From: Porphyridium purpureum
Lineage: Eukaryota
Assembly: GCA_008690995.1 (NCBI GenBank)
Contig: VRMN01000004.1
Span: 1,798,001-1,853,716, forward strand
DNA: 55,716 bases
Direction: 5' to 3'
Shown here in pieces: positions 9,345-19,605 of this stretch. Both the position numbers and the translations under genes were made by a program. The notes beneath the pieces are model-generated. The model did no database searches. It was not told the origin of the DNA and saw only the letters and a list, made by a program, of their open reading frames with translations. Each line of letters opens with the position of its first letter. Position 1 is the stretch's first letter.

Positions 9345-11366
9345 CTAATACAAGTCGCGATTGCGCACGAAGGAGCGAAACTGATTCAGGACAAGACCGG
9401 GGCGATGCGTGCGAAAGTGCGAGATACGGTTGTTCACCTCGCCTTCGACGTACTTGATAATGCTCAGGTTAATGACGTCGAATACATAGTCATCGAAGCG
9501 GATCCAGCCACAGTCGGCGAGCTCGGCTTCAACAAAGATTGGACCTGTAATGATCTCGCCGGATGGAAATTCTCGGACAATGGAATGTTCGTCGGCAAGG
9601 TCACGTCCTCGGTCGGTGATCGACCAAAATTGCTTAATCCCTTTGCCATGAAAGCTATCCACATAATTCGACATGTTTGTGATCCGGATCCGGCCGTAAA
9701 AGAGCCCCACCGACAGCGTCTGAATTCCCAGACTTTCCTCAAGGAGCGCGATGAGAATCAATATCGAGGTGAACAGCGTCACCACGTTGACTACATGCGT
9801 CACCCAATCTGCTTCTCCGAGAATCGTAGTAAGGACGCTCACGGCCATGGAAATAGTCCAGATGCTGAACACAATGGACCGCGTCCACCAGTCGGCAGCG
9901 TAGAGTTTGTCATTGTGAATTACTATTGCCAGACTTCTGAAGGGTTCGATTTTGATGGTATTCGTGTATGACGTGTCGAGCAGCACCACGCTGTCCCACA
10001 CTCGAATGCGATAGGTATACTCATCACGATTATGCGTTGGTACATTGCGGAACAGCGGCCTGAGCGAGACTACCACCAGCATGGTGCTCAGCATTAGTGC
10101 AGTCAACAAAGGAAAGCCGGCCTTTTCTGCCGCCGCGATGGCTTCCGGGTTATACGTACGAAAGGGCCACATGAAGCCTTTCAGCAGACCGTCAATCTTG
10201 GAGGGCTTGTTCTTCTCCGATATCAATGATGCCAACTCTTGTACCTCCTTATCATCTGGATCGACAAAATCTAACACCAAAGCAAGGGATTCGTTCTTCC
10301 ATGACTGCGAAAGAACCTTGAGCATTCGCAAAGTTGTCTCATTGAGCTCGCCGCTGATTAAAAAGGGCGCTAGCGCTTTGAACAACGCATTGTCTAGCCG
10401 TATAATGCGACTCTTACCAGCGTGAGACCGAAACCCTTTGCCTGAACCGATCAGATTCGTCATGGTGCCACATACCTTACTTCTTCTTTGGTCCGTTTGC
10501 GGAACGAAAGTAAGCAACCTGTTCTCTTTCTTTCGATCAAAAACATTCAGCACCTTTGCACGCGGCACGAGTTCATGGTCCATCGCGAGCTTGTAGTCAC
10601 TTCGTTTCATGCCTCCATGGATCCCTCCTGGCAACGGGTAAAGCTTGATCACGTCTTTTTCCTTGTAGTCTGCGATGGCCAACTCGAGTTCAAAGATTTC
10701 TTTTTCATGCACTTTCAGAACGGCCCTCGGCGGTCGCACGGTGAAACCATTGGCAAATGAGTCGAGAACCAGATCATCCACAGATCCGACGCCAACTTTG
10801 TCCATCAAACTCATGATCCTCCTCACTACATTCAAGAATCTGAAGACGCGCTGATTAAGCTCGGGCGTCTTGGATATGGGTGTGAGGTTAAGAGATGAGT
10901 GCGTCCTTCGACTTTGGTGCGGAAGAACTACGTTGCTGCGACTTTCTGGACCTCCAGCCGCGCTGGTTTGCAAATTATCGGATCCTGCTGGTGCTGCGTC
11001 ATGACCAAGTTCTTCATCGAGAAAGTGGACCACTGATTCTTCGAACTCAAGTCTTCCGTAGCTGGTCGACTCGGCTCGACGAACAGCATCGCGGCGTTCA
11101 AGGTATTTTTCATATTTGGGACAGCTGCATACGTCTCCAGCTCGGCCCAAGAAACGAGCAACGACATGGTAAGGCTGCTTACTGACGGCTGCGCACCGGT
11201 ACTCGTCCAAATCATCATCCTGATCGCCCGCTTCCATGTCTGGTGAGCTTTCGGAGGACGTCGAGCCTTCCTCTGTGTCACTCACTTCATAACCCTCAAA
11301 TTCCAAGTTGAAAAGTTCTCCATCCTCTTCTCTAGCCTGGTAGCGGGAGGAGGATCCGGCAAACAT
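9345..11366 (-). CDS. Hypothetical protein (~673 aa) with acidic N-terminus and about 3 predicted TM helices in the C-terminal third
   Basis: Long intronless ORF with natural-looking composition. Hydrophobic segments FPLLTALMLSTMLVVVSL, SIVFSIWTISMAVSVLTTIL and VVNVVTLFTSILILIALL. First ATG at 11366; the ORF track extends to a GTG at 11555. Confidence 0.75.
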   Translation of the reverse strand: MFAGSSSRYQAREEDGELFNLEFEGYEVSDTEEGSTSSESSPDMEAGDQDDDLDEYRCAAVSKQPYHVVARFLGRAGDVCSCPKYEKYLERRDAVRRAESTSYGRLEFEESVVHFLDEELGHDAAPAGSDNLQTSAAGGPESRSNVVLPHQSRRTHSSLNLTPISKTPELNQRVFRFLNVVRRIMSLMDKVGVGSVDDLVLDSFANGFTVRPPRAVLKVHEKEIFELELAIADYKEKDVIKLYPLPGGIHGGMKRSDYKLAMDHELVPRAKVLNVFDRKKENRLLTFVPQTDQRRSKVCGTMTNLIGSGKGFRSHAGKSRIIRLDNALFKALAPFLISGELNETTLRMLKVLSQSWKNESLALVLDFVDPDDKEVQELASLISEKNKPSKIDGLLKGFMWPFRTYNPEAIAAAEKAGFPLLTALMLSTMLVVVSLRPLFRNVPTHNRDEYTYRIRVWDSVVLLDTSYTNTIKIEPFRSLAIVIHNDKLYAADWWTRSIVFSIWTISMAVSVLTTILGEADWVTHVVNVVTLFTSILILIALLEESLGIQTLSVGLFYGRIRITNMSNYVDSFHGKGIKQFWSITDRGRDLADEHSIVREFPSGEIITGPIFVEAELADCGWIRFDDYVFDVINLSIIKYVEGEVNNRISHFRTHRPGLVLNQFRSFVRNRDLY

Positions 11367-13156
11367 TCTCGAGGAAACCTTCAACCGCTCCTTGCGTGGG
11401 TCAGGAAGAAGGCCCACGTCGTGGAAACCTTCGTCGAATGTGACAACAGTTGGTGATGCGTGTTCACGGGAAGGCGCACAGCGCGACACAAATGTTGCGT
11501 GCGCCTCACCAACCGCACGCCGTGTGTGTCGCAATCGGACGCCGCGCTCCTTCACCGGAAGACCACAGTGCCGCTTGTATTGTCAGCAATCATCGTGCGT
11601 GCGAGCTCCAGTGGAACGTTTGCAACAAGTTTCACGGTGAGCAAAGCGTAGTGCACTCGGCAATAAGGACCACACCCCCAAGCGGATACTACGCAGTACC
11701 TTTCTCAACGTTTTCCTAGTAAAATGATCTAATTTACAATAAAAAGGACAGGCGTCCGGTAAAATGGGAGTGCGGGGGAAGTGAAAACGGAGACGGACAC
11801 GGGGTACGTCTGGCCATAACTATGCAATAAACATTCGTAATCGCTCGCGCTTTCCTTGCACGTATGTGCGCTGAGAATTTTCACAGTCGAAGTTGCGCTT
11901 CGGCAGAGACGAGTACACACTGGACAGTACAGGTTGGTCATAATCTCCCAAGCCAGTGTGATGGCATTTTTGAGCTCAAGCATTGTCTGATGCTGCATTG
12001 CACTCTCTTGAGGCTTGTATATTACTGTTGTTATTAGTGTCCGGCGAGTGAGCTGACACTATCAGAAGCTCCACATGCTCTTTACTGGTGACATATTCGC
12101 GTTTGCGACTTATGCGCACTGCCGTACTGGTCTGCAGAAATAACCTTGTCCGGGTTTACCGTTCGACGGCAGCGGCTTAGCATTCACCCGTTGCGAAGCA
12201 TGGAAACACATTTGGCATTCGAAAAGGTCCTCTCAATAATATGAAGGTGAACTTTTCGTCTCGCGGAAACTGTGCCGCAAATCAAGCATCCGACGCAGCC
12301 AAAGATTCGTGACTAGACGTCTAGAAAAGGTTTCTCATGCCGAAGCCACGAGTTGTCCAAAACATCGGGCCAGTCTAGGTGCAACGTCGTCTCGTCAGTG
12401 AACATAGTTATGGCCTCATTCTTCTTTTCCAACTGATGGCGTCTACCCCAAGCAAGCCTTTTAGTTTGTGATTGAGCGTCCATGACGGACAAGCTGGTAC
12501 TTGATATAGCCGTGCTTCACACTGGTCGCCTTTCGAATACTTGTCAAACTTTGGACTGGTTTTTCTCTTCGAATACGCAGGGCTGCTTGAACCTCACATC
12601 GTGTGTGAATCATCCGAAGCATGGCGATATTATAAATCGTCACTTCGACTGTCTCCGTCAATTTTAAAATGTTCACAATGGCAAAATACTGTCAATATTC
12701 GTTTGGAGCAGACAAATAGCGCAAGCACTCGTTCTTGGAGCGCCCAATTTTGGTCGCAATGGCTCTCCTGCTGTTGCCTGACTCTGGAAGACCCTGAGTA
12801 CGTCCTTTCCCCTCGCCCAAAAGGCCCAAATTCCACCCCCTGGAGTCGAAATGGAGCTCTTTACGAGCTGCGACGGATACGCACTATTCCATGTATACTG
12901 AACCGCCGACCTCCGAGATACTTTGCTGTCACGACGTGTCTCTTGGTTGAACCCAGGGACCCTGCGCGGGCACCTGTCCGCTGCTGCGGGCGCGGCTTCA
13001 TTTCTTTTTGGTAGAGCAAAATTCGCTCTTCTGGTTTTGAAGGAGGAGTTGACCAGAAGGTAGCTGAGTCCTAATTCCGGCTTCTCGGGGACAGATTTCT
13101 GAAAGCAACTCTCGTATATCTTTAAAGCTCCTTGCTTCTTAAAATGTCTAGGCCAT

Positions 13157-13537
13157 TGTTATGAACCTCCTTTTCCTTTTACTTTCCCTCTCCTTCTTCT
13201 CTCCCCTTCGCTACCTTCCTCTCTGCCCCCGAGCCTGCTCGCGGGTCTCCACGTCTTTATATAGACTGCCGCCCCGTGTTCATCAGCTTTCCTGGTAGCA
13301 CTGTGAGAAAAATGACAGTGCACCAGCAAGGTTCCAGCAAGGTTCCAGCAAGGTTCCAGCAAGGTTCCAGCAAGGCCACAGCAAGGCCACAGCAAGGCCA
13401 CAGCAAGGCCACAGCAAGGCCACAGCAAGGCCACAGCAAGGCCACAGCAAGGCCACAGCAAGGCCACAGCAAGGCCACAGCAAGAATCCAGTGAGGATGC
13501 AGTGAAGACTAAGTATCCACGGGGCTGGCGCATGACA
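13157..13537 (-). mobile_element. Gypsy solo LTR (381 bp), same family as 739-1074
   Basis: TGTCAT...ATAACA on the minus strand. Perfect 5-bp TSD GCCAT at 13152-13156 and 13538-13542. The empty site AGGCCATCTCCG is present in the other Copia LTR at about 18558. Confidence 0.96.
13321..13485 (-). repeat. 11-bp tandem array in solo LTR, 15 units
   Basis: On the minus strand: 10x CCTTGCTGTGG-type, 4x CCTTGCTGGAA, 1x CCTTGCTGGTG. Confidence 0.95.
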
Positions 13538-13803
13538 GCCATCTCCGAAAACTAGTCGAAAGGCTCGCGCTTTATACCCGCCGCTGCTCAGCTTGTGTCC
13601 GCTCCAGCGATACTCCCATTCTGCGGCGCTATTCCGCGAAGCCGCGCTGCCCGTTACAGTGTGCCGGCCAGGTGTTCTCAAAAGGCCGTCAGTACCACAG
13701 GCCGGATACGAGTGCTACTCCGGGGCTGGCAAGGGATTATTGAAACGGTTACAATTCTTGTCGCGACTCCGGCTTGGAACTTGGTGTCGCGGTGACGGTT
13801 TCA

Positions 13804-13818
13804 ACTCTGCCCCCCTTT
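13804..13818 (-). other. Polypurine tract of Copia element
   Basis: AAAGGGGGGCAGAGT immediately before the TG of the 3' LTR on the minus strand. Confidence 0.8.
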
Positions 13819-16800
13819 GTGCCACTTTCTTGGAAGTGGGACAAAGCGCTCTCCTCAATCCAATTTCTGAGGATTACCTGACCTGTGCCAGTGACCCGCT
13901 TGGTGAGACAGTCTGCGGGATTCCTATTGCCGCGAATCCACGTGAGTTGCTGGAGCTCTCCGGTTTCTAGTTCATGGCGAATCAAGGCAGCGTCAAGACG
14001 CAGAAATCTTTCAATGTCACATGAACTGGTGATTAGATTCGCCTGCATCCCTTTTGAGTCCGTAAATGCATGGATAGGAACCTTGACTTGCGCGAATTCA
14101 TAGAAAAACGCCTGGGTCAGCTTGGCCGCTGCATAACCTTGGGTTATAGCCAGCAGCTCCGCATGTAGAGTGCTGTAAACAACCTTTCGCATTCTCCGCG
14201 ACTCCCAATCCACAAGATGTGACACTGATATTCTTGACTTCCAGGTCAGTCCGATGGCAATGCCCAATTGAGCATGCGGCAATTCCTTTCCATGTGGGAA
14301 GCCTGCGTCCGTAAATACTTCGATTACAGCCTTCTCCCACATATGAGCGAAGTCCTTGCCTCTGCACGGTCGATTAAGTACCTTCTTGAATGATAGGCAG
14401 TTCGGCTGTCTCTTGCACTCTTCAAGTACTCCATTGGCGAGACGTAAATCATGAACGGAAAGATGTGCCGCTCTTTGTAAAAAAAAAAGGATGCAGCGAA
14501 GGCCGCCACAGGACTTGTCCGATGACCTAGCCAATTGAGTTTGCCACAGAGCTTGAGATAGTCCTTGTGATCCTTATCCACGACTGCCGCCTTGTCTTTA
14601 GGTACTTCAAGTGCTTCAATTTCTGCCGCATAGTCGCGTTGATTGAGAGTAATCCTGTCACTCGTCGTTTCGACATTCCAGCCGACGAAGCGCATGCTTT
14701 CTGGGGCAAGCACTCGCGTGCCTAATTTGAAACGCTTTTCAAATTGCACGAGGAAGGCTGTCACAGCTTCCTTGGTTCCACATCCAAAGATGTCATCCAC
14801 ATATTTGGCTAGAAGTAGGTTGCGCGATGGCGAGAAAAAGATTTGTGGAAAGAACAGAGATTGACGGAGACCCATGTTCCGTAGTTCTCCATCGCTGCAC
14901 TTCAACCACTGCCTTCCGGCATCACGCAAGCCGTAAGGCATCTTGAGAAGTTTCCACAGTGTACGTCGTCTGGCCTCCAAGAAAGGTGGTAGTCGCACGA
15001 AAATCAACCTAGGTGCTGGTCCGCTTTTCATATAAGCCCCTTCCACGTCGCCATTGAAAGCTTGCCAACCCATGGCTGCACAAATACTTGCCACGAGCCG
15101 TTGAGCGTTGCTGTTTGGTACGGGTGCATCACCACGTACCATTGATCTTTCCTTGTCTCGATGACCGTGTAGAACTAGTCGAGCCTTCAGCCTGCGCTGC
15201 TTGTTACCAGCTGCAGGTTTGACATTAAAGAGCACGTGGCATCCTATCACATTCGCACCGGACGGGATTTGGGACACGCCAACCTCTTCATATGCACCGT
15301 TCCACACCTGGAGTTCACGTGTCAGCGCTTCCTCGAAAATATTCGACGGTAGACCACAAGTCATCGCCTTATTATATGAAAATGGATTTGTTCCAAATAT
15401 CTCCTCCACCCTTGCAACATAGTCATGCTTACCAAGATAAATCTCTATCAGTCGCTGTGTTCGGCGTCGTACCCGGCTGGATGCACGCACTGGAGTCTCC
15501 GGCGTCTTCCGCTTTCGATCCCGCCTTACACGTTTGATGTCATGACTGTGGGCGCTGTTTGCTTTCCCGAAATCACCAGTGTCGTCAGGCATTCGTTTTA
15601 AGTGGGCACGTTGATCTTCATCCTCCTTTTCATTTGTCACTAATTCATTCGGAGATGTGTCAACGTTGCCGTCCGCTGCAAAGTGCATGCGCTTGATTTC
15701 TTGCTCTTCGCTATCAGACCCCTCTTGCAGTGGTCTCACACGTTTTTCTGTGCCTGTTGAATCCTCAAAACTTGTTTCCTCGTGAGAAATAGCATTTTCT
15801 TTTGCTTCGGTGATTGCTTGCTGAGAGCTTTCGGATGTTACGGGTTTCATGCCCGTAGATGTTTCTTCAACAATGAGACCAGTAGCACCTTCTGTTACTC
15901 TTGTTGAGGCCAACTCTTCGGGAATAGCTGCTTCCATTGGAAGTCCGTCATTGTTAGACTCAGCGGCGCGGGGAACAAAGTCGGCATTGTCTTCCAGAGG
16001 AGCGTCACCGAAGCTTGGTAATTCTTCTTGGTCTTCCTCCGGTTGCTCAACCGCGTCTTGACTTTCCTCCACATCTTAGACAACATCTGCTCCAATATCA
16101 TCCACCAGTTCTCGCTCTGGCATTACATCTTCGAATGCGATGTGTCGTTTTGCCCGGCTGCTACCGATTTTAATGCCGCCGTCGGTGATCGCCTTGACTC
16201 GTGCCTCCGACCAATTTCTTGCTCTTCCTTCCGCTATGTGCACGAATACCCGATCGCCGACCTGATAGTTCGTTTTGAATTTTATCGCCTTGGAATGCTT
16301 CAATCGTAAAAGTTTCTGCCGCGCGCGTCTCCTTTCATCTGCACGGCGTACTTCTTCGGGTAGGGGTATACCTCCAGGTATGTGAGGTGCATATCCCCTG
16401 ACGAGCTCAAACGAAGATGCAAGGCGTGAACCGCTTTGACAATTGGCTAAATGGCTAGCAATCGTCGCCTTCTCCACAATCTCATTAAAACCTTCCACTG
16501 GTTCGCACAGACGCTCAAAAAACTTGCGGATTTCTCTGTGTTTTCGCTCGGTAATGCCATTCTTCCGGCTGTGGCGGGATGGAAGCTTAGCTGGCTGAAT
16601 TCCATGCGTCTCGAGCATTTTTAGCCAGGCTGTGCCTCCCTCAAACTCTCCGTCTGCCATGGCCACCTGTGGGGCTCCATGGCGGTAAACCCATTGCGTT
16701 TCAAAAACTCTTGCAAGCGCCTTTTGCCCACGTTTGCCTCCTGCGCACCCTATCTCTGAGTATCCCGTGGCTGTGTCGCAAATGTGTAAGAATGGAACCT

Positions 16801-18339
16801 TGCGCAGGTAAACAATATCGACACCAACGCGCTCATTGAAGTTGAGAAAAATGGGAGTAACCGAGACCTTGGCTTGATGCGTGGGCAGGGTGGTACGGAA
16901 GCACGGACCACACCTTTGCACTATCTTCGAGAGGGCTTCGGCTCCTCGGTCTGCTTCTTCTTGTGAAGCTTCACCGGCCCGTACCATAAGCATAGCGATC
17001 TGATCAGCCGTTGCGTGTGTTCTTGCATGGATTCGGCGACCCTTGTCCACATATTCGTGGATTGACAGAAAGGATGAAACCGAATTAAAGATACGCAATT
17101 TGTGCCCCGACTGTAGGCCCTGCGTATGGCATAGAAGATTGCCTTCCTTTGTACGAATTTGGTTTCCGGGTCCGTCGATAGTGCAGAGATCCAGCACATC
17201 AGCACCGAGTAGGATTGGACATGGGCTTTTCCTTACAAGGAAGCTTACCGGATAACCATTCAGCATCACGTTGAAGCGTCCTACAATGGGTGCGGCTGGT
17301 CCAGATATGCCGAAGCGATGCCTATCAGGATCATTCTTTCGCTTCGGCTCCAAATTAAAATGACTGCCCGCTTTCTCTGCCAACCGTTTCAGCTCTGTCT
17401 CTCCTCCAATTGACTGAGGGGACCCTGTATCTTGGATGACCTGAATGGGCATATTCTTACACGCAGAGAGAAGTGATAGCTGTGGGGTAGTAAGCAGGGG
17501 GTTATGAGTAGCAGAGTGGGAGGAAACGAGGGAATAAATGGAAGATGCGTATTTATCCTCTCCCAAAAATCCTTCCGATACTCCTGCGCACTCCGTATCG
17601 CCTGCCCAATGCCCCTTCTGATTGCAAACCTTGCACTTCGTCTTCCTTTTCATTTCCTTGAGGCGCTCCTTCTTTCCATCCGTACGGTTTTGGTCCCCAA
17701 GAAGGGACCCAACTTGCTTCAATTCACGACCTGCGTGCGCTTGGCCGAAGCCGACTAGGTGGAGACCCTGCGCTGCATCTTCAACAGTAAGCAATTCACC
17801 TGGAGCTTTTCCTTTCAGTGCGTACATGAGCACTTGAGCTTGGGCCGCACCACCAATCTCACTGTTTGCAATCATGGTATATGCAAGCACTTCTTCAAGT
17901 TCCTTTGGAAGCTGTGCCACACCGCCACCAAAGTATTCCGCCATGAACATTGCTTTGTGCGCTTGAAATGCTGTGATAAAACCATCTACGCTACCCGTGC
18001 GACGGCACCGAAGAAGTTCACCATGCGCGATGAAGCGCTTCTCAGCGTGGCGCTCGACGCTGATGGGGTCCAAAGTGGAGAGAAGTTTCTCTACTCCATG
18101 CATTGTAGCCAATTGCGAGTCGGGAACTGTTTGTGCGATGCTTGCTGCATTGCCCGACAGATTCTGACGAAGAAGCAGGGCTCGTACCGTCTTCGAGTAT
18201 GCCTTCCTGCTGTGCGGCTCGCCTGCTGCGAGAAGAGCGTCTTGAACTGCTTCCCAGTTCACCACGTCTTTGCGATATCGCGCGTATGATCCAAGACCAT
18301 TATGCTGCGGAACACCAGATGGGCTGAATGATGCACTCT

Positions 18340-18352
18340 CTGGGCTCATAAC
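18340..18352 (-). other. Primer-binding site complementary to the tRNA-iMet anticodon arm (half-tRNA priming)
   Basis: GTTATGAGCCCAG begins 3 nt after the 5' LTR. Its complement CTGGGCTCATAAC contains the CAT anticodon loop, like the Drosophila copia GGTTATGGGCCCAG PBS. Confidence 0.8.
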
Positions 18353-18355
18353 AGT

Positions 18356-18826
18356 TGAAGCCAGGGACCCTGCGCGGGCACCTGTCCGCTGCTGCGGGCG
18401 CGGCTTCATTTCTTTTTGGTAGGGCCAAATTCGCTCTTCTGGTGTTGAAGGAGGAGTTGACCAGCAGGTAGCTGAGTCCTAATTCCGGCTTCTCGGGGAC
18501 AGATTTCTGAAAGCAACTCTCGTATATCTTTAAAGCTCCTTGCTTTTTAAAATGTATAGGCCATCTCCGAAAACTAGTCGAAAGGCTCGCGCTTTTATAC
18601 CCGCCGCTGCTCAGCTTGTGTCCGCTCCAGCGATGCTCCCATTCTGCGGCGCTATTCCGCGAAGCCGCGCTGCCCGTTACAGTGTGCCGGCCAGGTGTTC
18701 CCAAAAGGCCGTCAGTACCACAGGCCCGTTACGAGTGCTACTCCGGCGCTGGCAAGGGATAATTTAAACGGTTACAATTCTTGTCGCGACTCCTGCTCGG
18801 AACTTGGTGTCGCGGTGACTGTTTCA
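18356..18826 (-). repeat. 5' LTR of Copia element (471 bp)
   Basis: TGAAAC...GCTTCA on the minus strand; direct repeat of 12948-13803. Confidence 0.93.
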
Positions 18827-19605
18827 TCTAGGGTGGAAGACGAAGCTGGGCAAGCGGAAGCAGCAGCGAGCAATGTGAGAGGCATTCGAGGCGTTGCCAA
18901 AGGCCGCCGCGCATGCGATGGGTGGTGATGATGCCGTTGGCGCGTCGCAGGTGCAAATCGTCCACGCGGCCGTTTGCAACGCAGAGGGAGGGTGGCAGGG
19001 ACATTAAAGTATTTTGCCTTGATATATTTGTGTGTATGTGTGCGCCTTGAAAGCTATTACAGCGCAGTTGTCTCATGCAGCGCATTCTTGCCCGATGTGC
19101 CGTCCGCCGGGGTATACGACAGCGGAAACTCGCATCTATCTAGTGACGTGAAACCGCGCGGGGGTGCCTGCCAGCCAAAGTCGGTTATACATCGGTGGAG
19201 CGAGCTGGACAGCTCGTCGTTCTCAAGTAGGATTGCTGAGGTAAACAGTCGTTTGTGAAGATTTGGTGGTGTGCAGTTTCTATTGGTCTTATTGAGTGGG
19301 GAGAGCAGGAGCTCAAGACGGACCTTTTCACTGCCGAATTTTTCAGCATGGTAACAAATTTATTCCATGTATCAACTGGCGATTCAGGTCAGTAAGACGG
19401 TTGACTGAGAACCTGGAAACGCCCCAAAGAGAAAGAAACATAGCGTCGGCCAAAACCCGGAGCCAAACATCTGTCGCGCCCTTCTTTGCTGCTTTGCATT
19501 CCAAACCGGGCGCTTTGTCTGTCGTCTGGTCGTTTCCACCAAAGAAAAGCCCGAGTCTGTTCCGACTCGTTGCGCCCCGGCGATCTGGGTGTGCATTCCT
19601 GAAAG

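Larger units (their letters stand above)
12948..13803 (-). repeat. 3' LTR of Copia element, interrupted by a gypsy solo LTR
   Basis: Aligns with 18356-18826 once 13157-13542 is removed. Confidence 0.93.
13749..18409 (-). pseudogene. Copia Gag-Pol polyprotein, broken by a nonsense codon (16076-16078) and a frameshift (A10 run, 14479-14488)
   Basis: Zinc knuckle CKVCNQKGHW, protease IQDTGS, integrase H..H/CGPC plus VDIV/ADGEF/ITER, RT KARLV, GDVEGAY, YGLRDAGRQW, YVDD, RNase H FTDA/TDS/NPADCLTK. ORFs 16076-18409 and 14324-16072 are in the same frame. An alternative ATG at 18349 lies within the PBS. Confidence 0.93.
12948..18826 (-). mobile_element. Ty1/Copia (GalEa-like) LTR retrotransposon, decayed
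   Basis: Two ~470-bp TG...CA LTRs with about 18 differences by eye, PBS and PPT present, domain order Gag-PR-IN-RT-RH, RNase H motif RKVVYSTLHAE and NPADCLTK. Confidence 0.95.

Noticed and set aside
12000..12940. Possible decayed transposase or gene remnant flanking the Copia
   Set aside because: Only short ORFs and no motif I can identify.
16076..16078. Programmed stop read-through between integrase and RT
   Set aside because: Copia pol is normally continuous, and the element has a second lesion and diverged LTRs. A simple nonsense mutation is more likely.
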